A stretch of 59,754 nucleotides of DNA, the filler included. It is 6 parts of 6 records of this genome, joined end to end, with 100 filler letters (N's around TTAATTAATTAA, not from the genome) between each part and the next. Parts side by side here need not be neighbours in the genome. Positions count along the whole stretch, not along the records: positions 1 to 21,504 come from SRR22947725_4562; positions 21,605 to 28,782 come from SRR22947725_4574; positions 28,883 to 37,086 come from SRR22947725_4577; 3 more parts are not named here. One strand, 5' to 3'. Made by a program: the position numbers and the translations under genes. The notes under the pieces were generated by a model. It saw nothing but the letters and a program-made list of their open reading frames with translations, made no database searches and was not told the DNA's origin. Numbering within the stretch: the stretch's first letter is position 1; every line of letters begins with the position of its first letter. Positions 20,118 to 30,549 of this stretch are shown here, piece after piece.

Positions 20118-20126
20118 GGATTTATA

Positions 20127-21461
20127 ATGCTGGCTGCCTTCAAAAACATATTCAAAATTAAAGATCTTCGGTCTAAGATCTTTTACACACTGGCAATGGT
20201 TGCTGTCGTCAGGTTGATTCAGAATATCCCGGTTCCTGGGATTGATCTGGATATGCTTGACAGAGCCCTTAAAGAATTTGAGAGCAATAACGCAGGCGGT
20301 GGCCTGATGCAAATGTTCAATGTCTTTAGTGGTGGAGCACTCCAAAAGTTTGCCATAGGTGTATTGGGAATTATGCCATACATCACAGCTTCAATTATCT
20401 TGCAGTTGATGACACCGGTTATCCCGCAAATTGAGAAAATGCAAAAAGAAGGTGTGCAGGGACGTCAAAAGTACATACAGCTAACGAGATATATCACCAT
20501 CGTTATCTGCTTAGTTCAAGGTTTTTTCCTTGCTAAGGGTATGCCGACTCTCCTGCAAAGCCATCAAGTTGTCAATAACCCAGGAATGGGCTTTTATGTG
20601 ACAACGACTATCCTGCTAACAGCCGCATCATTATTAATTATGTGGCTCGGCGAGCAAATTACTGACAAAGGCCTCGGTCAAGGGGCCTCTGTCATTATTA
20701 CTGTCAGTGTTATTTCAGCAATGCCTTCTGCGATTCACTCAGTGATCAGCATGTGGCAAGAAGGTGATTTAAATATCATTCACCTTGCTTTATTGACAGC
20801 CCTATTTTTAGCAGCAACAGCAGCAACTGTTGTCGTTGTACAGGGAGTTCGTAAGATTCCTCTGAAATATGCTAAAAGAACAACAGGTAGCCGTGGTGCT
20901 ATCGAAAAGACTTCATATATGCCATTAAAGGTGAACCATGCCGGTGTTATGCCGATTATCTTTGCCAGTGCCCTTATGATGTTCCCAGACTTCATTACTC
21001 GTTATATGGAGTGGGATGAACTTAATCGCTTAGTAAGTTTTGGTAGTATTGGCTATGTAGTGATCTACTCAGCTCTGATTATCGTATTTACTTTCTTTTG
21101 GGTCGCGACACAATTTAATCCAATTCAGATTTCTGATGACCTCAATAGATCTGGTGGTTTTATCCCAGGTATTCGCCCTGGTGAACCAACTTCAGACTTC
21201 TTGAATTCAACGATGACTAGAATTACTTATGCCGGTTCAGTTTTCTTAACTGCATTAGCAATTGTTCCCATCGTTCTCTATTCAAATATTCATGCCCTAC
21301 AAGGTAACTTTATGATTACTTCCTTCTTCGGTGGTACTAGCCTTTTGATTATGGTTGGTGTCATGTTGCAGACTATGCAGCAGATTGAAGTTCAACTTGT
21401 ACAGCATAATTACGAAGGTTTTGTCTCAAGCGGTAGACTTCGTAGTAGAGCATCACTTTAA
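20127..21461 (+). CDS. secY: preprotein translocase SecY
   Basis: LGIMPYITASII, WLGEQIT, IPGIRPG, FGGTSLLI. Confidence 0.97.
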   Translation: MLAAFKNIFKIKDLRSKIFYTLAMVAVVRLIQNIPVPGIDLDMLDRALKEFESNNAGGGLMQMFNVFSGGALQKFAIGVLGIMPYITASIILQLMTPVIPQIEKMQKEGVQGRQKYIQLTRYITIVICLVQGFFLAKGMPTLLQSHQVVNNPGMGFYVTTTILLTAASLLIMWLGEQITDKGLGQGASVIITVSVISAMPSAIHSVISMWQEGDLNIIHLALLTALFLAATAATVVVVQGVRKIPLKYAKRTTGSRGAIEKTSYMPLKVNHAGVMPIIFASALMMFPDFITRYMEWDELNRLVSFGSIGYVVIYSALIIVFTFFWVATQFNPIQISDDLNRSGGFIPGIRPGEPTSDFLNSTMTRITYAGSVFLTALAIVPIVLYSNIHALQGNFMITSFFGGTSLLIMVGVMLQTMQQIEVQLVQHNYEGFVSSGRLRSRASL

Positions 21462-21475
21462 TAAAATTTTAAGGC

Positions 21476-21504
21476 GGGCGGCTAGCTCAGTTGGTTAGAG
21501 CGTC
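21476..21504 (+). tRNA. tRNA 5' fragment (possibly Val; anticodon not visible)
   Basis: GGGCGGC-TA-GCTC-AGTTGGTTA-GAGC acceptor strand and D-arm, cut by gap. Confidence 0.8.
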
Positions 21505-21604
21505 NNNNNNNNNNNNNNNNNNNNNNNNNNNNNNNNNNNNNNNNNNNNTTAATTAATTAANNNNNNNNNNNNNNNNNNNNNNNNNNNNNNNNNNNNNNNN
21601 NNNN
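21505..21604. other. artificial contig spacer
   Basis: 44 N + TTAATTAATTAA + 44 N. Confidence 0.98.
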
Positions 21605-21973
21605 ATTGAGTCTGATTCTGGAGCAAATATTGAAGATTGCGAGAATATTTCTAAAGATTTGAATTATGAAATAGATCTTGATTCGTCTTTTGGTGATGAT
21701 TATGTTCTAGAGGTTTCTACTCCAGGAATAAGTAGGAAGTTTTTTAAACAAAATCAGCTTAATGAATATATTGGAGAAGAATTAAAAATTAAATTAAGAG
21801 AGCCATTAGAAGGCATAAAAAATATAGAAGGAGTCCTTGTTGATTGTAATAAAGATTTTTTTCTTATAGAGTCTTTAAAGCTTGAATATAAATTAAATTT
21901 TGACGACATAGAGACTTGTCGTTTAGAACCAGATTTTGGTAAATTAATGAAGGAAAATAGTTATGCAGAGTAA
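21605..21973 (+). CDS. rimP: ribosome maturation factor RimP, 5'-truncated
   Basis: YVLEVSTPG; upstream of nusA. Confidence 0.88.
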   Translation: MESDSGANIEDCENISKDLNYEIDLDSSFGDDYVLEVSTPGISRKFFKQNQLNEYIGEELKIKLREPLEGIKNIEGVLVDCNKDFFLIESLKLEYKLNFDDIETCRLEPDFGKLMKENSYAE

Positions 21974-23423
21974 TGAAATTTTAGCAGTAGTAGATTCAGT
22001 ATCTACTGAGAAAGGTTTAGACAAAGATATTATCTTTTCAGCCATTGAAATAGCAATTGCTTCGGCATCACAAAGACATTTTCATGAAGATGCTGACTTA
22101 TTTGTTCAAATAGATAGAAATACTGGCGAATATTCAACTCATAGAAATTGGATAGTATTTGATGAGGCTGATGAAGAGTTTCATATAGAAACGCATATAT
22201 CAGCAAGTGATTCAGATCTTAATTTTGGCGACTTGTATACTAAGCAACAAGAGAATGTGCCTTTTGGAAGAATAGAAACTCAAGCAGCAAGACAAGTCAT
22301 GTTGCAAAAAGTAAGAGAAGCTGAAAGAGAAAAAGTAGTTTCGCAATTTAAAAGCCAAAATAATCAACTGGTTAATGGAACTGTAAAAAGGGTAACAAGA
22401 GACAATATTATTGTTGATATTTCTTATGATGCAGAAGCTATTCTGCCTCGAGACAGGTTAATGCCTGGAGAAATTTATAAAATTAATGACAGAATAAGAG
22501 CTATTCTTCAAATTCAAGAGGTTGAAGGTCGAGGACCTCAACTCATGTTAAATAGATCTTGTCCTGAAATGGTTACAGAATTATTTAGTATCGAAGTACC
22601 TGAAATAAATGAAGATATAATTGAAATCAGGGGTGTAGCGAGAGATGCTGGCTCAAGGTCTAAAATAGCAGTCAAAACAAATGATGGTAGGATTGATCCT
22701 GTTGGTGCATGTGTTGGAATGAGAGGGTCTAGAGTCCAAGCTGTTTCAGCAGAACTTGGCAATGAAAGGATAGACATAATTATTTATGATGATAACCCTG
22801 CTCAATTAGTTATAAATGCCTTAGTACCAGCAAAAGTTGAATCTATAGTCATGGACGAGGATTCAAGATCTATGGATATTGCAGTCAACCAAGAAAATCT
22901 TGCGCTTGCAATTGGTTCCAGAGGACAAAATATCAGACTTGCATCTAAGCTTGTTGGATGGGATTTGAACATTATTAGTAGCGAAGAAGCTGAAGCAAAA
23001 GTTAAAGTCGATGAAACAGAGTTTTTGGCTAATCTGATCAGCACTCTTGAGGTATCTGAAGAAGTTGCGGAAAAAATAGCTTTAACTGGGTTAGCAAGTT
23101 TTGATGACATTGCTTATGCAGACGATAGTATTTTTAAATCATTTGTAGAAGATGAGAGTGAGATTGTAAGAATAAAAGGTGCTGCAGAAGATGCTGCACT
23201 ACTAGAGGCAATGGGAGCTATCACAGAAGAAGAGGACAATGTTGACTCTCTGACTGACCTTAACTTAGAAGATGAAGATATTCAAAAGCTATCAAATAAA
23301 GGAATTAAGAACAAAGATGATTTAGCTGAATTAGCTATAGATGAATTACAAGAGATTATTGAGATTTCTTCTGATGATGCTTCTAAGATGATTATGAAAG
23401 CAAGAGAACATTGGTTTAATTAA
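21963..23423 (+). CDS. nusA: transcription factor NusA
   Basis: FGRIETQAARQV, DPVGACVGMRGSR, AIGSRGQNIRLA. Confidence 0.96.
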   Translation: MQSNEILAVVDSVSTEKGLDKDIIFSAIEIAIASASQRHFHEDADLFVQIDRNTGEYSTHRNWIVFDEADEEFHIETHISASDSDLNFGDLYTKQQENVPFGRIETQAARQVMLQKVREAEREKVVSQFKSQNNQLVNGTVKRVTRDNIIVDISYDAEAILPRDRLMPGEIYKINDRIRAILQIQEVEGRGPQLMLNRSCPEMVTELFSIEVPEINEDIIEIRGVARDAGSRSKIAVKTNDGRIDPVGACVGMRGSRVQAVSAELGNERIDIIIYDDNPAQLVINALVPAKVESIVMDEDSRSMDIAVNQENLALAIGSRGQNIRLASKLVGWDLNIISSEEAEAKVKVDETEFLANLISTLEVSEEVAEKIALTGLASFDDIAYADDSIFKSFVEDESEIVRIKGAAEDAALLEAMGAITEEEDNVDSLTDLNLEDEDIQKLSNKGIKNKDDLAELAIDELQEIIEISSDDASKMIMKAREHWFN

Positions 23424-23444
23424 TATAAAAAAAGGAAAAATATT

Positions 23445-25718
23445 TTGACTTTAACTGTTAAAGATTTTGCAAAGACTTTAAAAATATCAGATTCAGCTTT
23501 GCTTGAACGTATGCAGAATGCTGGCTTAAGTCACTCTAAAAGTTCAGATGAAATAACTGCTGCAGATAAGCAGGCACTTTTAAAATCTTTAAAAGGAGCA
23601 AAAGCTACATCACCAAGATCTGTAACATCTGGGTCTGGAGTTACAGTAACTTCAAAAGGAAAAATTTCTAAAGAATCAGAGGGAACTAGAAGTTACTCTG
23701 ACAATATCGAAGCAAAACGTGCTGCAGCTTCAGAACAACTTAAGGAACAACAAAAAAAGAGAGAAGACCAGCTTAAAGAAGCTGCAAGATTAAAACAAGA
23801 AGAGATCAAGAAAAGAGATAAATTTAAAAAAGTTGAATCTGAAAAGCCTGCAATAAAAGTTAATGTTAAAGATCAGCTTTCAAGTGCTGTAAATGCTTAT
23901 AAAAGAAGAGAGGCAGCATTCCCTAAAGATAGCGAACATAAGTTTGAAGCACCAACTGAATTCATTAAAAAAGATATAGAAGTACCATCTTCAATCCAAG
24001 TGGGTGAATTAGCTAAGCTAATGGCAGTAAAAGGAAATATTGTAGTAAAAAATCTTATGGGTCTAGGGGTGGTTGCAAACATCAATGATATTATTGATCA
24101 AGAAACAGCTATATTGGTAGTTGAGGAAATTGGCCATAATGGAATTGCACTTAAAGAAGAAAATTTTGAAGAAGATCTAGCAAATCTAATTAATTATGCT
24201 GATGAGGCAACATCTAGATCCCCTGTAGTTACTGTTATGGGGCATGTTGATCACGGAAAAACAACCTTACTTGATTTTATAAGAAAGACAAAAGTCGTTG
24301 ATGACGAGGCTGGAGGCATAACGCAACATATTGGTGCTTATGAAGTCGAGACATCTAAAGGTAAAATAACATTCATTGACACTCCTGGTCATGCTGCCTT
24401 CTCATCAATGAGAGCTAGAGGAGCTAATACCACAGATATTGTCATTCTTGTTGTTGCGGCAAATGATGGCATAAAACCCCAAACAGAAGAAGCTATAAAT
24501 CACGCTAAAGCAGCAGGAGTTTCAATAGTTGTAGCTATTAATAAAATTGATTTAGATGGAGCTGATATAGATAAAGTAAAAGGTGATTTAGCTGCAAAAG
24601 ATTTAGCGCCTGAGGACTGGGGTGGCACAACTCAAATGGTACCAGTATCAGCGCTTAAAGGAACTGGTGTTGATAAGTTGCTTGAAAGCGTTTCATTGGA
24701 AGCTGAATTGTTAGAATTAAGAGCTCATCATAAAGGACAGGCTCAAGGGGTTGTTATTGAATCAGAGTTAGATAAGTTTAGAGGATCTGTTGCTACTTTT
24801 TTAATCCAAAATGGAACTCTTAAGGTTGGTGACTTAGTTGCATCAGGCAATTCAATTGGAAAAATTAAAAGTATTGTAAATAGCGATGGTGCAAAAATAA
24901 AAAATGCAGGTCCATCTGCAGCTGTTGAAGTTCTTGGATTAAACAATGTACCCAATGCCGGAGACCCTTTTCAGGTAGTAGAGAATGAGAAGCAGGCTAG
25001 AGAGATAGCCGAGTATAGAATTTCAAAAGAGAAAGAAAAAAAATTATTAAAACAAAAAGATGACAGCGCTGGAGATTTATTTGAATCATTAGGTCAAGAA
25101 TCTAAAAAAGTACTGAACGTGATAGTTAAAACAGATGTTGGTGGAACTTGTGAAGCCATAGCAGCATCTCTGAATGACTTAAGCAATGACTTAGCAAAAG
25201 TAAAAATAGTATCAAGTGGAGTTGGAGGTATAACAGAGTCAGATGCTAACCTAGCACTTGCTGTTGATTCAATTATTTTAGGTTTTAATGTAAGAGCGGA
25301 TAACTCTGCTAAAAAGATCATAGAAGATGAATCAATTCCATTAAGTTACCACAGCATCATCTACGAATTATTAGATGATGTTAAAGCAAGAATGAGTGGC
25401 CTGCTAGACCCAATAATTAAAGAAGAAATTGTTGGCACTGCCGAAGTTTTAGAGGTATTTAATTCACCTAAGTTTGGGCAAATTGCAGGATGTAATGTTA
25501 TTGAAGGAACTGTTTTTAAAAATAAGCCAGTTCGTGTTCTAAGAGATGAGATAGTTATTTTTGAAGGAGAATTAGACTCTCTTAGAAGATTTAAGGAAGA
25601 TGTTAATGAAGTTAAGAATGGCACGGAATGTGGAATGGGCATCAAAAATTATAAAGATATCAAACCTGGAGATAAAATCGAGGTTTATGATAGGAAAGAA
25701 GAAGCTCAATCAATGTAG
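23445..25718 (+). CDS. infB: translation initiation factor IF-2
   Basis: GHVDHGKT, GITQHIGA, DTPGH, NKID; TTG start. Confidence 0.97.
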   Translation: MTLTVKDFAKTLKISDSALLERMQNAGLSHSKSSDEITAADKQALLKSLKGAKATSPRSVTSGSGVTVTSKGKISKESEGTRSYSDNIEAKRAAASEQLKEQQKKREDQLKEAARLKQEEIKKRDKFKKVESEKPAIKVNVKDQLSSAVNAYKRREAAFPKDSEHKFEAPTEFIKKDIEVPSSIQVGELAKLMAVKGNIVVKNLMGLGVVANINDIIDQETAILVVEEIGHNGIALKEENFEEDLANLINYADEATSRSPVVTVMGHVDHGKTTLLDFIRKTKVVDDEAGGITQHIGAYEVETSKGKITFIDTPGHAAFSSMRARGANTTDIVILVVAANDGIKPQTEEAINHAKAAGVSIVVAINKIDLDGADIDKVKGDLAAKDLAPEDWGGTTQMVPVSALKGTGVDKLLESVSLEAELLELRAHHKGQAQGVVIESELDKFRGSVATFLIQNGTLKVGDLVASGNSIGKIKSIVNSDGAKIKNAGPSAAVEVLGLNNVPNAGDPFQVVENEKQAREIAEYRISKEKEKKLLKQKDDSAGDLFESLGQESKKVLNVIVKTDVGGTCEAIAASLNDLSNDLAKVKIVSSGVGGITESDANLALAVDSIILGFNVRADNSAKKIIEDESIPLSYHSIIYELLDDVKARMSGLLDPIIKEEIVGTAEVLEVFNSPKFGQIAGCNVIEGTVFKNKPVRVLRDEIVIFEGELDSLRRFKEDVNEVKNGTECGMGIKNYKDIKPGDKIEVYDRKEEAQSM

Positions 25719-25730
25719 CTTTAGTTTTTA

Positions 25731-26078
25731 ATGCCTTCATTAAGATCAGAAAAAATTGCAGACGAACTCAGAAAAGAAATATCTTTAATAATAAATAAAG
25801 AAACCAAGGATCCAAGGCTTCAAAATATCAATATTACAGCAGTAAAAGTATCTGATGATATTGGCATTGCTACAGTCTTCTATACTATTATTGGCGAATC
25901 TGTAATCAAAAATCAAAGCAGTATTGATCAAAAAGTTTTAAAAAAATTTTCAGGCATGGTCAGATCTAAACTTTCACGAACAATGCAAATAAGAAGAGTC
26001 CCTGTAATAAACTTTAGATTTGATGAAAGTATTGAGTACTCTGATAATATTGAAAACTTACTCAATAATCTTAAGTAG
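25731..26078 (+). CDS. rbfA: ribosome-binding factor A
   Basis: KDPRL, RRVP..F.FDES; synteny. Confidence 0.92.
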   Translation: MPSLRSEKIADELRKEISLIINKETKDPRLQNINITAVKVSDDIGIATVFYTIIGESVIKNQSSIDQKVLKKFSGMVRSKLSRTMQIRRVPVINFRFDESIEYSDNIENLLNNLK

Positions 26079-26080
26079 TA

Positions 26081-26920
26081 ATGGACGGTTTTTTACTTAT
26101 TGATAAAGAAAAAGGTATATCCTCCAATCAACTTGTTCAAAAAGTAAAAAAAACTCTATCCTTAAAAAAAGTTGGACATTTAGGAACATTAGATCCAATG
26201 GCAACGGGATTAATGATTTTAGCTATTAATAGGGCTACTAAATTTTCAAACTATTTTTTGGAATCTGATAAGTCTTATGATGCTTCAGTTCAACTTGGCT
26301 ATTCGACTGATACAGATGATGCCATGGGACATATTATTAGTTCCTCCGACATTATTCCTGATGAAAAAAATATAAATGAATCACTAGCATCTTTTGTTGG
26401 AAGATCTATGCAGGTAGCACCTTTTTTTTCAGCATTAAAATATAAAGGCAAACCTCTTTATAAATATGCGCGAGAGGGAGAATTTATATCAAAACCCCCA
26501 AGGGAGATTAATATATTTTCCATTAAAGATATTAAGTGTAATCTTAATAAGTGCTCATTTATAATTCATTGTTCAAAAGGTACATACATCAGATCAATTG
26601 CAAGAGATCTGGGTGATAATCTGAATTGCGGTGGCCATCTATCCGCACTTAGAAGATTATCTCAAGGAAGTTTTAATATAGAAAATGCAATGACTATTGA
26701 AAATATTGAACTTAAAAAATTAATTACTATCGAGAAGGCATTTTCAGAACTTTCTGAAATTAAATTAAACTTTAATCAAACAAAAGTTTTCATGAATGGA
26801 GGTAAGATACAAGAAATAAATTTTAAAGATGATATCTATAAAATTTATGATTCTTCAGAAAAATTTGTTGGTTTAGGATTGATCTCAAACTCTGTTTTAG
26901 CCCTTAAACGACTTGTTTAA
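26081..26920 (+). CDS. truB: tRNA pseudouridine-55 synthase
   Basis: GHLGTLDP with catalytic Asp, CSKGTYIRS. Confidence 0.95.
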   Translation: MDGFLLIDKEKGISSNQLVQKVKKTLSLKKVGHLGTLDPMATGLMILAINRATKFSNYFLESDKSYDASVQLGYSTDTDDAMGHIISSSDIIPDEKNINESLASFVGRSMQVAPFFSALKYKGKPLYKYAREGEFISKPPREINIFSIKDIKCNLNKCSFIIHCSKGTYIRSIARDLGDNLNCGGHLSALRRLSQGSFNIENAMTIENIELKKLITIEKAFSELSEIKLNFNQTKVFMNGGKIQEINFKDDIYKIYDSSEKFVGLGLISNSVLALKRLV

Positions 26921-27007
26921 TAACTAGATTAGTTATAAGATTCGCTCGCTTACTTTAGTTGTACGAGGTTTGCATTAATTAATGAATGTACATCGAGGAA
27001 TATAAAT

Positions 27008-27277
27008 ATGGCACTTTTAGCTAAAGAAAAAGAAAAAATTGTAGGAAAATTTCAAAGAACTGACAATGATACAGGGTCCCCCGAAGTTCAAATAGCATTG
27101 TTAACAGAAAATATTAATAAATTACAAAATCATTTCAAAGAACACAAAAAAGACCATCATTCTAGAACTGGTTTAATAAGAATGGTTAATCTAAGAAGAA
27201 AACTTTTAGCTTATCTAAAAAGAAAAAATTCCGATAGCTACAAAGAAGTTGTAAAACAACTTAAGCTTAGAGGGTAA
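27008..27277 (+). CDS. rpsO: 30S ribosomal protein S15
   Basis: [18 protein letters not shown]. Confidence 0.97.
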   Translation: MALLAKEKEKIVGKFQRTDNDTGSPEVQIALLTENINKLQNHFKEHKKDHHSRTGLIRMVNLRRKLLAYLKRKNSDSYKEVVKQLKLRG

Positions 27278-27308
27278 AAATAAAAATAAAAATAATAAAA
27301 GGAAAATC

Positions 27309-28782
27309 GTGGAAAATAATAAATTAGAATCTACATCTGTAGAGTTTCAGTATGGAAATCAAACAGTAAAATTAGAAACAAATAAAGTCGCAAGACAAGC
27401 AACTGCAGCTGTGGTCGTTACTATTGGCGACTTGGTAGTATTAACAACAGTAGTTGCAAAAAAAGAGGCAGATCCTAAAAAGGATTTCTTCCCATTAGCA
27501 GTATTTTATCAAGAGAAATTTTATTCAACAGGAGTTATTCCTGGAGGGTTTTTTAAAAGAGAAGCTAGACCAACTGAAAGAGAAACATTAACCTCAAGGC
27601 TTATTGATAGACCAATCAGACCTCTTTTCCCAGAAGGATTTAAAAATGAAGTTCAAATATTTTGCACAGTCATGTCTTCTGGAAAAGATCAAAACCCCGA
27701 TATAGCAGCCATGATAGGATCTTCTGCTGCTTTATGTGTTGCAGGAGTACCTTTCGATGGACCTATGGGTGCTGCAAGGGTTGGCTTTATTGATGGAAAT
27801 TATGTTTTGAATCCATCTTTCGAGCAGTTAGAAACCTCATATTTGGATATGGTTGTTGCAGGAACAGAAAAAGCAGTTCTTATGGTTGAATCAGAAGCTA
27901 ATGAGCTCAATGAAGATTTAATGTTAGGTGCTGTTTTGTATGGACATCAAGAAATGCAAGCAGTGATTAATGCATGTAAAGAGCTTAAAGACAAAGCTGG
28001 TAAAGAGGATTGGGTAATAAGTAACGATGAAGAATCTCCGGTCTACTATTCTGAACTAACAGAAAAGTATACAAATAAAATAACTGAAGCTTTTACTATA
28101 AAAGATAAATCAGAACGAACAACCGCTATAGGCTCTATTAAAGAAGATATAGTTAATTCCTATCCAGATGCCGATGAGATTCAGCTTGGCAAAATTTTAG
28201 GCGCATTTAAAAATCTTGAAAAAGATATAGTTAGAAGAAACATATTAAGCAATCAACCAAGAATTGATGGAAGAGATACAGATACCGTCAGACCAATTTT
28301 TATAGAAACTGATGTTCTGCCTAGTGCTCATGGTTCTTCATTATTTACTAGAGGCGAAACTCAGGCAATAGTGGTTGCTACTTTGGGATCCTCAAGAGAT
28401 GCTCAAAGAATTGAAGCAATCGAAGGTCAAGGAACAGATAATTTTATGCTTCATTATAATTTTCCAGCATATAGTGTTGGTGAGATTGGGATGCCTATGG
28501 GACCCAAAAGAAGAGAAATCGGGCATGGTAATTTGGCTAAAAGAGCAATTAAAGCAGTGCTTCCTGATGTAACTGATTTTGGCTATACAATGAGAGTGGT
28601 TTCAGAAATTACAGAATCTAATGGTTCAAGTTCAATGGCTTCGGTTTGTGGTACTTCATTATCACTAATGGATGCAGGAGTTCCAATATCAAGCCCGGTG
28701 GCAGGTATAGCAATGGGCTTAATTAAAGAGGGCGATGATTTTGCTGTGTTAACAGATATTTTAGGTGATGAAGATCATTTAG
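27309..28782 (+). CDS. pnp: polynucleotide phosphorylase, 3'-truncated
   Basis: [43 protein letters not shown]. Confidence 0.97.
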
Positions 28783-28882
28783 NNNNNNNNNNNNNNNNNN
28801 NNNNNNNNNNNNNNNNNNNNNNNNNNTTAATTAATTAANNNNNNNNNNNNNNNNNNNNNNNNNNNNNNNNNNNNNNNNNNNN
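28783..28882. other. artificial contig spacer
   Basis: 44 N + TTAATTAATTAA + 44 N. Confidence 0.98.
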
Positions 28883-28932
28883 GACGAAGTACTGAGTTTT
28901 ACTAAAAAGCTCACAAAAAGGAAATTAAATAA

Positions 28933-30240
28933 ATGACAGAATCATTTGCAGCTTTACTAGATGAAAGTTTAAGCACTTTAGATATGCAGCCTGGCTCAAT
29001 AGTTTCAGGAGTTGTGTTGGATGTAGATAGTGACTGGGTAACAGTTCACGTTGGATTAAAATCAGAAGGAGTAGTCTCTCTTGATGAGTTCAGAAATAAT
29101 GAAGGAGAAGTAAGCATCGCCGTGGGTGATGAAGTTGAGGTTGCGCTTGAAGCCGTTGAAGACGGTTATGGCGAAACTAGAATCTCTCGAGAAAAAGCTA
29201 GAAAAATTACTACATGGAAAATGCTTGAAGACGCTCTTGAAACAGGAGAATTTGTAACAGGTAAAATCCATAATAGAGTTAAGGGAGGTTTTGCGGTTGA
29301 AGTCGAGGTTGTAAAAGCATTCCTACCTGGTTCTCTTGTTGATGTGAGACCTGTTAAAGAGGCTCCGGATATAGAAAATACAGTTCAAGAGTTCAAAGTA
29401 ATTAAATTAGACTATAAAAGAAATAATGTAGTTTTATCAAGAAAAGCTGTTTTAGAGAAAAATAACTCTGCTGTTAAAGTTGAGTTATTAAAAAATCTAG
29501 AAGAAGGTCAAATAGTCAAAGGTGTTGTTAAAAACATAACAGACTATGGAGCATTTGTTGATTTAGGCGGCTTAGACGGCCTACTTCATATAACTGACAT
29601 CTCATGGTCAAGAGTAACAAATCCGGCAGAATTTTTAAGTCTTGGTGATGAAATAGATGTAAAGATATTAAGTTTTGATAAAGAAAAACTAAGAGTATCT
29701 TTAGGTCTAAAACAAATTCAGAATGATCCTTGGGAAAATGTTGAAAGTAACTATGCTGTAGGCGGTGTTTATGAAGCATCTGTATCTAACATCACAGATT
29801 ATGGATGTTTTGCACAACTCGAAGAGGGCATAGAAGGCTTAATACATCTATCCGAGCTTGATTGGACTAGTAAAAATATTCATCCATCAAAAGTTGTAGA
29901 AATGGAGCAAAAGATCAAGGTTATGATTTTAGAGATCGACCATGATAAGAGAAGAATATCTCTTGGATTAAAGCAAACTAAAGCTAATCCATGGACAGAA
30001 TTCGCTAATAAGTATGGTATTGGTGACAAGGTGGATGGACAAATAAAATCTATAACAGATTTTGGTATATTTGTTGGTCTGGAAGGCGATATCGACGGCT
30101 TAATTCATCTATCAGATATATCTGAAGAAGAAGATCCTAAAGAAGCATTAGAACAATACAAAAAAGGTGATAAGTTAGAATGCATTGTATTTGCTGTTGA
30201 TGCCGAGAGAGAAAGAATTTCTTTGAAGTTGAGTGAGTAG
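28933..30240 (+). CDS. rpsA: 30S ribosomal protein S1 (five S1 domains)
   Basis: MTESFA, repeated TDYG.FV..G..GL.H S1 motifs. Confidence 0.95.
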   Translation: MTESFAALLDESLSTLDMQPGSIVSGVVLDVDSDWVTVHVGLKSEGVVSLDEFRNNEGEVSIAVGDEVEVALEAVEDGYGETRISREKARKITTWKMLEDALETGEFVTGKIHNRVKGGFAVEVEVVKAFLPGSLVDVRPVKEAPDIENTVQEFKVIKLDYKRNNVVLSRKAVLEKNNSAVKVELLKNLEEGQIVKGVVKNITDYGAFVDLGGLDGLLHITDISWSRVTNPAEFLSLGDEIDVKILSFDKEKLRVSLGLKQIQNDPWENVESNYAVGGVYEASVSNITDYGCFAQLEEGIEGLIHLSELDWTSKNIHPSKVVEMEQKIKVMILEIDHDKRRISLGLKQTKANPWTEFANKYGIGDKVDGQIKSITDFGIFVGLEGDIDGLIHLSDISEEEDPKEALEQYKKGDKLECIVFAVDAERERISLKLSE

Positions 30241-30526
30241 TAAAAAACAGCCAACTTTTAATCGCTCTGACATTGAATTAGTATTAAGCAAAGAATTTCC
30301 AGATCTCAACAAATCTCAAATTTCATTAGCAATTGATTCTATTTTAGAATCAATTGTTGATGCAGTTGCGTTAGACGATAAAGTTGAAATTAGGGGGTTT
30401 GGAACATTTTCTAAAAAATATATTCGACCAAGAAAATTTATTAATCCAAGGACTAAGGAAGTTTCTTATTTAGGAGAGACTGCAACTATGCATTTCAAGC
30501 CTTCAAAGTCATTGATAGTAAAGTAA
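30233..30526 (+). CDS. ihfB: integration host factor beta / HU family protein
   Basis: VEIRGFGTF, NPRT, HFKPSK; follows rpsA. Confidence 0.85.
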   Translation: MSSKKQPTFNRSDIELVLSKEFPDLNKSQISLAIDSILESIVDAVALDDKVEIRGFGTFSKKYIRPRKFINPRTKEVSYLGETATMHFKPSKSLIVK

Positions 30527-30549
30527 CTTAAGTTTAATATTTATAAATC

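Noticed and set aside
21549..21560. Recurring TTAATTAATTAA palindrome (five copies)
   Set aside because: Always centred in N runs; an artificial six-frame stop linker, not a biological repeat
28893..28913. Small hairpin upstream of rpsA
   Set aside because: Leader is cut by the gap; too little sequence to call an rpsA regulatory element
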